Origin: Candidatus Latescibacterota bacterium
Lineage (GTDB): Bacteria > Latescibacterota > UBA2968 > SICM01
DNA: 64,000 nucleotides
Direction of reading: 5' to 3'
Assembly (NCBI GenBank): GCA_965217865.1
Contig: CBDCJO010000001.1
Coordinates: forward strand, 160,001 to 224,000
Below the pieces are notes generated by a model. The model was given only the letters and a program-made list of their open reading frames with translations, searched no databases and was not told the origin of the DNA. Positions 30,066-39,173 of this stretch are shown here, in pieces; the stretch's first letter is position 1; every line of letters starts with the position of its first letter. The translations under genes were made by a program, and so were the position numbers.

Positions 30066-30551
30066 ATGACACCAGAAGAAAGACTCAGCAAAACCCTATT
30101 GAAAAAAGGGCTGCGCATCGCGGTGGCCGAAACCACCACGGGGGGTCTGATTTCCTACCTGATGATCAGACAACCGGGGAGTTCAAATTATTTTGAGCGG
30201 GGAATCGTCGCATACAGCCGGGAATCGAAACTGGACTTGCCAGGCATCTCCGTCGATATGCTGGATCGATTCGGTTCTGTCAGCAAAGAACTCTCGATCG
30301 CCTTGGCCGCCGGGGTTCGCCAACTCGGCGGAGCGGATATCGGAATCGCTGAAACCGGGATAGCCGGCCCCACCCGCGGGAGATCCCCAAAACCGTTGGG
30401 GACCTCGCACATCGCGCTTAGGACAACGACGATGACCCGGACGGAGGAACATCAATTCCAGGGTGACCGAATCGATGTTCAGACGCAGATCGCCGGTCGG
30501 GCCATCGAAATGGTCTTAGAATATCTCGAAGAAGATGCCGGTGAGATATAA
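30066..30551 (+). CDS. CinA C-terminal / PncC-like NMN deamidase family
   Basis: IAVAETTTGG, PGSSNYF..G..AYS..SK, GSVS, TGIAGP. Confidence 0.85.
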   Translation: MTPEERLSKTLLKKGLRIAVAETTTGGLISYLMIRQPGSSNYFERGIVAYSRESKLDLPGISVDMLDRFGSVSKELSIALAAGVRQLGGADIGIAETGIAGPTRGRSPKPLGTSHIALRTTTMTRTEEHQFQGDRIDVQTQIAGRAIEMVLEYLEEDAGEI

Positions 30552-30573
30552 AAAAGGACGAACCTTTTAAAAA

Positions 30574-31233
30574 CTATTTGACCAGCTCCGCAGTCCCCCA
30601 GAGACTGGGGTCATACGCCACGGGGAGATCCGGACCTGCCGACCACGACTGAGTGCCCAGGGATACATCGTAAAGGAGGTAGGTGAACCCGATCCGGGAA
30701 CAAACCGTCGGATCATACCCCGTTAAAGCGGTCGAAGGAAGGTCGATCTCCATAGCATAGCAGCCACTGCGGCGATCGACCCGGGATGCCGTCTGGATAC
30801 CGTCCAGATCCGCGGTCGTCGAATGGCCTCTGGCCAGGGCGATCCGCTCCTGCCCCGCAACCGGTCGGGTGCCTTTGGGTCCTCTTCCCGTTGGTGAAAA
30901 ATAAAAATGGTGACAATACCGGCTTGCCCTCCGTGCGTCCCGGACATCCCGAGTGTCGATCCACACGTGAAAACAGTCTCCGTCTGATCGTTTTTTCGAA
31001 TCCCCCTGAAATCTCCGCTTTCCCTTCACCCCCACCGCGAAGTAGAGACCCTTCTGATTCCACGCCATATAGACTTCTGCAAAAGAATCCAATCCTTCAA
31101 TCTCCATGAGGTTCGGGATTCGAAACCGTTCCTTCCAATTATCGAGTGTTCCATCTATCTTCGGCGCTTCCCTTCGGAAGCGGCAGGGAAAGGCGAACGA
31201 GAAGAAGGTTCGAGCGGGAATTTCAACTTTCAT
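30574..31233 (-). CDS. CBM9/DOMON-like sugar-binding domain protein
   Basis: PKIDGTLDNW, VYMAWNQKGLYFAV, DCFHVWIDT, YAMEIDLP, IGF; start MKVEIP at 31233. Confidence 0.65.
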   Translation of the reverse strand: MKVEIPARTFFSFAFPCRFRREAPKIDGTLDNWKERFRIPNLMEIEGLDSFAEVYMAWNQKGLYFAVGVKGKRRFQGDSKKRSDGDCFHVWIDTRDVRDARRASRYCHHFYFSPTGRGPKGTRPVAGQERIALARGHSTTADLDGIQTASRVDRRSGCYAMEIDLPSTALTGYDPTVCSRIGFTYLLYDVSLGTQSWSAGPDLPVAYDPSLWGTAELVK

Positions 31234-31301
31234 ATTTGACCTGAAGGATACAGGTTGATGGGGTTTCCGAGCAAAGGCCAGGTAGAGTCGGAGGTAACGT
31301 C

Positions 31302-32483
31302 TCATTCGCGACGATTTGGATTTACATCTAGCCTTCGAGGCTCGGACCCTAGCGGATATTGTTTCCTGAACGCGTTCCAGTTTTCAGCATGTTCGTGAAG
31401 TTTCGCCTGGTCGATATCGACGCCGATGCCTGGTTTATCCGGAACTTCAAGACATCCGTCTACAAACCTTAACCGGCCGCCCACGATGATGTCATCGCCG
31501 ATCAACTCATACTGGGTCTGATGGGGATAGCTCAAGATCGGGGAAAAGGCGGCCAGATGCACCATGACAGCCTTCGCCGGGCCCAGTTCATACGCGCTGT
31601 GAAGCACGGTCGGGATTCCGGCCGCCTCCGTAATCGCGGCAGCTTTCCTGATCCCGTGGACCCCCATGTTTCGGTGCGGGATCACGACGACATCCGCCGC
31701 TTCTTTCTTGACCACCTGGAGCGTGGCCGCAGGTGAGGCCGCCGCGGGTCCGTGGGCGCAGATGGGTGCCCCTACCTGCCTTTTGATGTCCGCCAAAAGA
31801 TCAAGGTCGGGGACGGGATCCTCCACATAAAAGGGCTGATACTTTTCCATCTTCCGAATCATCCGGAGGGCTGTCTCCTCCGACCAGTGTCCGTTCGCAT
31901 CCATCACAAGCTTGACGTCCGGTCCGACCCCCTCCCGAACCGCTTCGATGACCTCCAGATCCTCCTCCTCCGTGCCCCCCATGGCCCCGACTTTGATCTG
32001 GAAACACGTGAAACCCCTCGCGGTCAATTCCCGTGCTTCATCTACGATGGCCTCCACCTCCGGATACCTGTGGAGGACGGGCATGAAGGGGATCCGGGTT
32101 CTGACCATTCCCCCCAGGAGTTTACATAACGGCTCCCCGCACGCCTTGGCCATAGCATCCCAGAGGGCCGATTCGAGTCCGCAAAGGGTCCGGACATTTC
32201 CCGTCACGTCGTCCCACCCGATGCGATCCCGGATCCTCTCGATGTCGAACACATCCTCATCCATCACCCTGTTCACGGCTCGGTTCAATGTCTCGAGTTG
32301 ACGCTCCGGCTCCCCCACCCGGACGCTTTCTCCGACCCCAACGATCCCCCTGTCGGTCTCCAATTCAACGATGATGGTCACGTAACCTTCGGGTCTTTGG
32401 TCGATCTTCGTACCCCCGGGAAAACGCACCGCATCCGAGTAAGGAACCCTGATGATCGTGGACTTGACGTTTGAGACCTTCAT
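31302..32483 (-). CDS. Mandelate racemase/muconate lactonizing enzyme family
   Basis: ETDRGIVGVGE, ALWDAMAK, MDANGHW, VEDP, PDKPGIG. Confidence 0.88.
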   Translation of the reverse strand: MKVSNVKSTIIRVPYSDAVRFPGGTKIDQRPEGYVTIIVELETDRGIVGVGESVRVGEPERQLETLNRAVNRVMDEDVFDIERIRDRIGWDDVTGNVRTLCGLESALWDAMAKACGEPLCKLLGGMVRTRIPFMPVLHRYPEVEAIVDEARELTARGFTCFQIKVGAMGGTEEEDLEVIEAVREGVGPDVKLVMDANGHWSEETALRMIRKMEKYQPFYVEDPVPDLDLLADIKRQVGAPICAHGPAAASPAATLQVVKKEAADVVVIPHRNMGVHGIRKAAAITEAAGIPTVLHSAYELGPAKAVMVHLAAFSPILSYPHQTQYELIGDDIIVGGRLRFVDGCLEVPDKPGIGVDIDQAKLHEHAENWNAFRKQYPLGSEPRRLDVNPNRRE

Positions 32484-32596
32484 GTGAGTTAACCGCCTTT
32501 TTATAAGGGATTACACTTTATTGTCATTCGTTTACATTAAACCATCAAAAGAGTCGGAACCGGTGCAACGCGATCGAATTTATTCAATTTGGCTAT

Positions 32597-33865
32597 TCAT
32601 TTTTCTTTTTGCTCTCGAACCGTGATTCTTCCCCAGTAGGAGTAGGAGTAGACTTCCCCGTGGGGATACACGTGAGCGCCGGGGTGGATCCGGATCATAT
32701 CCATACCCTTTTTGAGAGGATTGAGCGCCCTCTCGAAGTCCCCTCCTTTTTCCCTTCGGAGTTCGTCATCGATCCATAAACGCCAGGTGCCTTTGGAATT
32801 GTCCCAGGCCATTCTGACTTTGTAAACTCGCCCGTTCTCCGCTTGAAGGGGGGGGTCGAAGCTATCGTAGTAGTACATACCGCCGGGGGGGATAAGCCCG
32901 GACTCAACCGCAGCGCTTATCTCCTCCCAGGAATCTTTTCGCTCCCCCGAGGAACACCACAACCCGTTGTATATCATAACGCTTATAGAGCCACCCCCTT
33001 CCCCTGGCCGCTGCCCCTCCTCATTCACCCCAAAGGCGATCTCCTGGCGTACGTCCGTGGTCATCATCTCAAACGTGACCGAGCCTTTTAGGACCGACGA
33101 GGGCATCCTGCACACCACATCTCCGTACTTCGTGCAGACCTCCAACCATCGATGGTCTTTCATGCTCAATTTGCTGTCGTGCCACTTTTCCTGGGGGTAA
33201 TACTTCTTCACCGCCCAGTCGTTCCAAAAATGTGGAAAATTTTCGTAATCTACCTGTTTCCCCCTGGTGGTCTGCGCATAGTGATCCAACCAGATCACGG
33301 TGCCCGGTTCCACCGTCTCCGTCTGAAGTTCCAGCTTGTCGATGGATGAAACCCCCTTCACGAGGGGGACTTCGAAGGCCTTTCCATCGAGTTTGAAGGC
33401 GAAACTTCCTTTCTGAAAATCGAAACCCCCGAATTCATACTTGTGAAGCGTGGATCTGATGGCATACAATCGCCGGTTGGACTGCCACCAGGTGGGGCCG
33501 ATCGAGTTGTCCGCCCATTCCCTTTCCCCCGTCCACTGAAAAGTCAACATCGCCCCGGAGTCCACAAAATCCCGTCCGTCGCTGAAGGCCATGAGGCCTT
33601 CCCTGTCGATCCTTAAATCCGCGGCCGGCCGATCGTCCTCCCCGTAAAGGACGACGTGGTAAACCCTACCACAGGTGACTTGCATCGAAAGTTCTACCGT
33701 GGAATCCCCCCCGGTGATCCTCTCGCCGAGAAGACGGTTACACTGTACCCGCCCCTGTGATCCGTCCATCGTGAAAAATTGGTCATCACCGATGGTGTAT
33801 TTCCCGCTTCCCAGCGGGTCGTGCCAATGCCACGCCTGATCGAATAAGATCTCTTCTTCGGACAC
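32597..33865 (-). CDS. Hypothetical protein (beta-rich, Trp-rich)
   Basis: Long ORF; AAGGAG RBS before GTG 33865; co-oriented with neighbours; no family recognised. Confidence 0.7.
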   Translation of the reverse strand: MSEEEILFDQAWHWHDPLGSGKYTIGDDQFFTMDGSQGRVQCNRLLGERITGGDSTVELSMQVTCGRVYHVVLYGEDDRPAADLRIDREGLMAFSDGRDFVDSGAMLTFQWTGEREWADNSIGPTWWQSNRRLYAIRSTLHKYEFGGFDFQKGSFAFKLDGKAFEVPLVKGVSSIDKLELQTETVEPGTVIWLDHYAQTTRGKQVDYENFPHFWNDWAVKKYYPQEKWHDSKLSMKDHRWLEVCTKYGDVVCRMPSSVLKGSVTFEMMTTDVRQEIAFGVNEEGQRPGEGGGSISVMIYNGLWCSSGERKDSWEEISAAVESGLIPPGGMYYYDSFDPPLQAENGRVYKVRMAWDNSKGTWRLWIDDELRREKGGDFERALNPLKKGMDMIRIHPGAHVYPHGEVYSYSYWGRITVREQKEK

Positions 33866-33882
33866 GCATTCTCCTTTGACTT

Positions 33883-34533
33883 TTACTGTTCTTGGCCGGG
33901 GGTTGTCGACCCCCGTCTTGCCCAAACGATAAACATGGGATCCATCGATCGGTCGGGCGTCGTGTTGCGCTTGACCACTTTCGGGGGATGGAACATTTCA
34001 GAGAGCTCAAAATATCTTTTCACGATTGCGATATGGCTGTCGTTGTCAGATTCCCGCCACATCCGAACCGCTTTTTCCCAGAAGCAACGGTCCGAAAACG
34101 CAACACAGAAAGGGCTCTCGGGTTTCAACAACCGGGCGACCTCACGAAAGACATCCAGGGGATGGGTCAGATACTGCACCGAGACGCTCATCACGGCGGC
34201 ATCGAATGAGCGCGGGGGGAACTTTGTCCGGGGATCCCGGTTGATATCCCGCACGACGAAATCGCTAAGGATCGGATTGTCCCCCATTTCCTCGGCATTT
34301 AATCCCACCCCTACGACCTCCCCCTTAAACGAGCCGGGCAGGTGAGACCTCCAGTTGCTCATCAGGTCCAGGGTTTTCCCGTCCTCCGGCAAAACCTCCG
34401 AATAGAAGGATCGAAGCGCCTCCACGGCGCCTTCGTCAATATGGACAAGCTTGCGTGCCTCCGAGTAAAAAACCGGGTCATCGGATTCATTGAGCCGCTC
34501 ATAAGCCCCCAGCTGAAACGGATCGTTTTTCAA
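33883..34533 (-). CDS. SAM-dependent methyltransferase (type 11-like)
   Basis: D..FY...LVHID, LDLMSNWRSHLP, GLNAEEM..N, VSVQYLTHP; TTG start overlaps the upstream stop. Confidence 0.85.
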   Translation of the reverse strand: MKNDPFQLGAYERLNESDDPVFYSEARKLVHIDEGAVEALRSFYSEVLPEDGKTLDLMSNWRSHLPGSFKGEVVGVGLNAEEMGDNPILSDFVVRDINRDPRTKFPPRSFDAAVMSVSVQYLTHPLDVFREVARLLKPESPFCVAFSDRCFWEKAVRMWRESDNDSHIAIVKRYFELSEMFHPPKVVKRNTTPDRSMDPMFIVWARRGSTTPGQEQ

Positions 34534-35423
34534 ATACCGTCTCCTGGACAGATCACGTTCAACGCCCTGCAAACCACCGTAATAGTCGCAGGGGTTTTAC
34601 AGAGGGGTTCCCCATCGCCGAAGATCCACATCGGTGTGGAAGATTCGATCCTCAATCGTTCCGTCCGAAGGATTTCCACGGATGCGGAATTCACGTGGGA
34701 TCCGAAGAACACCAGCGGAAACAGAAGCAGCACGCGCCATCGGGGCATGTGATGCACGATGCAGATGTCCAGGACGCCGTCATCGCAGACAGCGGAAGGC
34801 ACAATCCGCATCCCCCCGCCATACGTCGAAGTATTCCCGGCTGCAGACAGAAACACTCGCCCCGTCACAGTCCCGAAGTCCCCGGTCAACCGCATTTCGG
34901 GGCTCCGATAGGTCAAAAGCGTCTTGAGCGTCCCCAAAATATATGCCGCGGTCCCGCCCAAGGGCTTCCCGTTCTCGTGGATTGAAAGGGCGACTTCCGC
35001 GTCGAATCCGACCATCGCAACCGTGCAGAAATACCGATCCCCCACCCGGCCCAAATCGATCCGGCGCACCTGCCCTTCAACAAGGAGATCCGCCGCGTGA
35101 GCGGCCCCTTTCGGAAGGTTCAGGACGCGGGCGAGATCGTTTCCGGTCCCGCAGGGCACGATCCCCACGACGGTGTTCAACCCCGCCGCAGCCGACACCA
35201 CTTCGTGCACCGTTCCATCTCCCCCGCAGGCCACAAGCCGTTGGACGCCATCCTTTACGGCCTCCGCAGCGATGACGCGTCCGTGTCCCCTTTCTTCCGT
35301 GAACGTCAACCGGACGGAAATCCCCTTCTCCGCTAACCTTCTACGGACCTCCTCACCCACCGACCTTCCCCGTCCCCTTCCTGAGACCGGATTGGCGACT
35401 ATGAGATATTCTGGGATCGACAT
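34530..35423 (-). CDS. Diacylglycerol/lipid kinase (YegS/DAGK family)
   Basis: ANPVSG, CGGDGTVHEV, PCGTGNDLA, GFDA, YGGG, DGE. Confidence 0.92.
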   Translation of the reverse strand: MSIPEYLIVANPVSGRGRGRSVGEEVRRRLAEKGISVRLTFTEERGHGRVIAAEAVKDGVQRLVACGGDGTVHEVVSAAAGLNTVVGIVPCGTGNDLARVLNLPKGAAHAADLLVEGQVRRIDLGRVGDRYFCTVAMVGFDAEVALSIHENGKPLGGTAAYILGTLKTLLTYRSPEMRLTGDFGTVTGRVFLSAAGNTSTYGGGMRIVPSAVCDDGVLDICIVHHMPRWRVLLLFPLVFFGSHVNSASVEILRTERLRIESSTPMWIFGDGEPLCKTPATITVVCRALNVICPGDGI

Positions 35424-35442
35424 CAAAACACAGGTCCGGATA

Positions 35443-35524
35443 CCGGAAATGGAAAACCGCGAGCGTCGGGTGTTCGGAGTCGAAAGTGGGAGTCCGAGGT
35501 CCAGGAGTCGAAGTTCAAAACCGG
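35443..35524. repeat. Degenerate 7-nt tandem repeat tract
   Basis: GAGTCGA AAGTGGG AGTCCGA GGTCCAG GAGTCGA AGTTCAA; resembles the reverse complement of STRR-like units. Confidence 0.5.
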
Positions 35525-35601
35525 TATGACCTCATTGGATTTTCTTCTGGACACGGACTCCTGAATGCTGACTTCCGGCGTGGGCGGGAGCGAGGAACTT
35601 T

Positions 35602-37149
35602 TTACCCGACTTTCACGTACAGAAAGGGCGGAATGCTCAACCCGACGACGTCATCCCCGGAATTGATTTCCCTGGCAAGACCCAGCGCATGGTTTATGCT
35701 GGGTGCCCAATCAACTCCGAGTTTTTTGGCGGTCTTATCGTCCCTGGGACCGACGAGGATGACCTTTGAGAGATATTTCAGAGGATAGGTTGCCCAGTAC
35801 CAGACGGTAAACGGGTGGAAGCCGTGGTGTGCGTATTTGTTCCGGTAACAGTCTATGAGATAGGGGTCAAGTGCGAATTTCTCCTGGAACTTTTGCTGCA
35901 TTTCGAAAGGTTCCGTGGTCTCGGCTAAGACCTCTTCATAAAATTTCTTATACGCAACGTGATATTCTTCGTGAAAGATCTCAAAGGTGGGGTTGACGAT
36001 GATAATCACCCCCCCTTTTTTTACGATCGGTCTATTATAAAACCAGTTGAAAACATAACCCAGTACATCGCTGACCACCAGAACGGGGTTGATGCGCGCC
36101 CCCACCGAGTAAGGGCTCAGGTCCGGAAGCCCGAAAACAAGGGTGCCGAATTGTCTGGGCACGGGAACGGTCAACTGAGCGTTCACGGCGTTCAGGGTCT
36201 TTGCGTGGACATCATCGATGGCCCCGGCGTTGATCTCGATCGGATCGTAGGACGTGCGGATGCCTTTGAAAATTTGGAATCGGAGGGGTTCTGGAAGCAC
36301 CGCCATGCTCGCAGGGGTGAAGAACTTCAGAACGCGCTCAATGGGGTTACATCGGTCGTTCGGTTTGCTGATGTATCTCAGGTAGAACGGGTAAGTCGCG
36401 CTGTTCATCGGGGCTTCCAATACCATAATCCTACAATGTTTCTGAAGGAACCTGCTCATCCTTTCGATGGAAGCGTGCATGCACGAATTTTCCGGCTGCA
36501 TCACGTGAGGGTTCTCCGATGTCATCTGGGGAGAATGGTGAGGCGCAATCGAACGGTAGGTTCCCAAACCCACCGCGACCGATTTATGGCCCCCGTTCAG
36601 AGGTATCTGAACCGTATCGACATAGATGACCAGATCGCTTTCGACCACCGACCGGTCTACCTCCACGGCTTCCCCCGCTTCGGTCTCTCCGAGGAAAGTG
36701 ATATGATCGGGATCTTCCGCATCGAAATTTCGCAATTGTTCCGGATAAAACGCCTGCATGAGTCTTTTACCCAACATGGCGGCCAACTCGTGTCTTTTCA
36801 TTTTTCGGTGAAGCGCGACCGCACAGATCAGTCGGATATTTTCCTTCTGAACCCCGTAGGAGAACAATTTTGAGATCAGGGTTTCGATGACGATCTGCCG
36901 GATATCCGGTTTTTTTGTCGCGGGGAAGGGCTGGCAATTATCGTCGAAAGCGATGGTGATTCTGGATTGGCCGTTGACGATTTTACTTAAGGGGGGCATC
37001 CCGCAGGGATTTTCAATAGCCTCCTGGACCGACTTCGGAATATCCGGTCTTTTTATTCCAGGAACGTGTGGAGGGGAATAATAGATTTCAGAATTGTCAG
37101 GCAGGTTTGCATTAATCAGATTGTTGCCCGAGTATGTCAGATATTTCAT
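35602..37149 (-). CDS. Lactate racemase (LarA/DUF2088) domain protein
   Basis: AIENPCGMPPL, IAFDD..QP, AVALHRKM, LGET..GE.VE, GGHKS, HHS. Confidence 0.8.
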   Translation of the reverse strand: MKYLTYSGNNLINANLPDNSEIYYSPPHVPGIKRPDIPKSVQEAIENPCGMPPLSKIVNGQSRITIAFDDNCQPFPATKKPDIRQIVIETLISKLFSYGVQKENIRLICAVALHRKMKRHELAAMLGKRLMQAFYPEQLRNFDAEDPDHITFLGETEAGEAVEVDRSVVESDLVIYVDTVQIPLNGGHKSVAVGLGTYRSIAPHHSPQMTSENPHVMQPENSCMHASIERMSRFLQKHCRIMVLEAPMNSATYPFYLRYISKPNDRCNPIERVLKFFTPASMAVLPEPLRFQIFKGIRTSYDPIEINAGAIDDVHAKTLNAVNAQLTVPVPRQFGTLVFGLPDLSPYSVGARINPVLVVSDVLGYVFNWFYNRPIVKKGGVIIIVNPTFEIFHEEYHVAYKKFYEEVLAETTEPFEMQQKFQEKFALDPYLIDCYRNKYAHHGFHPFTVWYWATYPLKYLSKVILVGPRDDKTAKKLGVDWAPSINHALGLAREINSGDDVVGLSIPPFLYVKVG

Positions 37150-37203
37150 AAGGCCCCGCCCCGGTTATGAACCCGGAAGATCCGTGTCAGACTCGTCCTC
37201 CCC

Positions 37204-38397
37204 CTACCCTTCGCGTAAATCAAAAGCCGTTTTTATCGAGCCGTTGCGTCCGGTATGCATGGCCACCTCTAAGGCCTCCCGGTAATCCCGAAGGGGAAAC
37301 TTGTGGGTCACGAGCGATGTAAGCCCGTCCTTGAGCCCCTCCATGAGTCGAAGCGCCAGCTGGAAGGTGCGAATCGTCTCGCCGTCCCAGCATTCTGTAC
37401 CGTACGTGTAAGATCCGACGACCTGCAGCTCCTTATACCAGATCGAGGTCCAATCCACACCGGAGGGAATCGCAGGCATGCCCACCAGTATGGTCTTCCC
37501 CCTTGCTCGCGTAAAGCGAAGGGCGTCATCGATCGTCCGGGCGTTCCCGACGCAGTCAAAAACGACATCCGCCCCTCCCACCAGGACCGACTTCCCGAGC
37601 TCCGGCCGAAGTTGTTCCGCCCCCGTAGCTTCACATACGGACTCGTAGAGGTTCCTCCCATCCTGGATGATTTCGTTCGCTCCCAGTCCGAGGGCGGATT
37701 CTTGCTGGTGGGAGTATCGGGCAACCGCGATGATCCTGCTTTCGCTCCCGAGCGCCCTCAGGGCTGCAACGGTCAACAACCCGATGCTTCCACACCCGAT
37801 AATCAGAACAGTGGCTCCTTTTTCAGTCATACCGCGAAGGGCCCCGTGGACTGCACACGCAAAGGGTTCGATCAACACGGCCTCTTCGTCGGTCATGTCA
37901 TCCGGTACAGGATGAACCTGAAAAGGATGTGCAACAAGTGACCGACTCCAGCCGCCTCCCGTATCTCTGCAGAATCCTGTCTGAATGCCGGATGAGATGA
38001 TGCCTTTCGTTGTCTTTTCACAGTTTCCATAATCCCCGGCGGTACACCGGCGGCAGTGGTCAACCCCCCTGACCACGCAGGGTAACGCGGGTTCGAGAAC
38101 CACACGCCGCCCTTCTTCCGTCTCTCCCACCATCTCGTGACCGAGTACGAACGGGGTGGAGACAAAAGGCGAAAAATAGGGACTGCCGTTCGCCGAGACC
38201 GTCGCAAGGTCCGATCCGCAGATCCCGCTCAGTCTCGGTTTGATCCGGATCCACTCAGGGGACGGAAGCTTCGGTTCCTCGATCTCGGATAGTCGGATGC
38301 AGGAATAAACTCCGGTGCTCAACCCGGTCCAATACCCCCCCAACAATCTTACCTTCAGATAGCGCGGGATGCTCTTGATGTACTGGATGGCCTCCAT
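37204..38397 (-). CDS. Zn-dependent alcohol dehydrogenase (MDR family)
   Basis: GICGSD, GHE, structural Cys cluster, EPFACAVH, GCGSIG. Confidence 0.9.
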   Translation of the reverse strand: MEAIQYIKSIPRYLKVRLLGGYWTGLSTGVYSCIRLSEIEEPKLPSPEWIRIKPRLSGICGSDLATVSANGSPYFSPFVSTPFVLGHEMVGETEEGRRVVLEPALPCVVRGVDHCRRCTAGDYGNCEKTTKGIISSGIQTGFCRDTGGGWSRSLVAHPFQVHPVPDDMTDEEAVLIEPFACAVHGALRGMTEKGATVLIIGCGSIGLLTVAALRALGSESRIIAVARYSHQQESALGLGANEIIQDGRNLYESVCEATGAEQLRPELGKSVLVGGADVVFDCVGNARTIDDALRFTRARGKTILVGMPAIPSGVDWTSIWYKELQVVGSYTYGTECWDGETIRTFQLALRLMEGLKDGLTSLVTHKFPLRDYREALEVAMHTGRNGSIKTAFDLREG

Positions 38398-38453
38398 CTC
38401 TCAAGATAGCCTCAATATATAACGGGACAGGGTATTCGATTTCGACCTTGAAT

Positions 38454-39161
38454 TTAAACCTTCCGGCTCACGCTCCATTCAGCCACCTCCCACCCGCCTT
38501 CTTCTGCTGCCCTCCGAAGCCTCCCTTTCGGATTTACCGCCACCGGATGTCCAACACAGCGGAGCATCGGCATGTCCGCGCCGCTGTCGCCGTATGCGAA
38601 GCTTTCCGCAAGGTCGATCTGTTGGGCTTCAGCGAACTCCCGCACAAGCCGGGCTTTTTCCTCGTCTCCGACCGGAGGACCGGTCAACCTTCCGGACAAA
38701 ATTCCGTTCTCCTCAGACATCCGTACGGAGATCACATCGCCCACATCGAGCAGCCGGGCAAGAGGGGCCACGATGAAGTCCAGGGAACCCGTGATGAGCA
38801 CCACCCGCTCCCCGTTATCCTGATGTCGCTTGACTCGTGCAACCGCTTCGGAGTACAATCTCGGCCTGATTTCACGCTCAAATAGCCCACCGGTCTGTTC
38901 GCGAAGTCGTGAGCCCGGCATCCCCCGATAGCTTCGATAAAAGACCCGGTTGAATGCGCTTCTGCTGATTTTGTCGATAAGGATGAAGGAGATGATTTGA
39001 GGAATGAACCCCGTCCAGAAGAAAATTTTTTGAAGTCTGGATCGGTCATGGGTCGCGAAATAGGCGTAGTAATGAACGATCGTAGCCCGGACAATGGTCC
39101 CGTCGACGTCGAAAAAAGCAGCCCTGGACCCGATCGAATCCATCTGTCCCGCAGACCCCAT
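38454..39161 (-). CDS. HAD-IB family phosphatase
   Basis: FFDVDGT, ITGS, GDEEK, AYGDSGAD.PML..VG.PVAVNP. Confidence 0.9.
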   Translation of the reverse strand: MGSAGQMDSIGSRAAFFDVDGTIVRATIVHYYAYFATHDRSRLQKIFFWTGFIPQIISFILIDKISRSAFNRVFYRSYRGMPGSRLREQTGGLFEREIRPRLYSEAVARVKRHQDNGERVVLITGSLDFIVAPLARLLDVGDVISVRMSEENGILSGRLTGPPVGDEEKARLVREFAEAQQIDLAESFAYGDSGADMPMLRCVGHPVAVNPKGRLRRAAEEGGWEVAEWSVSRKV

Positions 39162-39173
39162 AGGTGAAAATAC

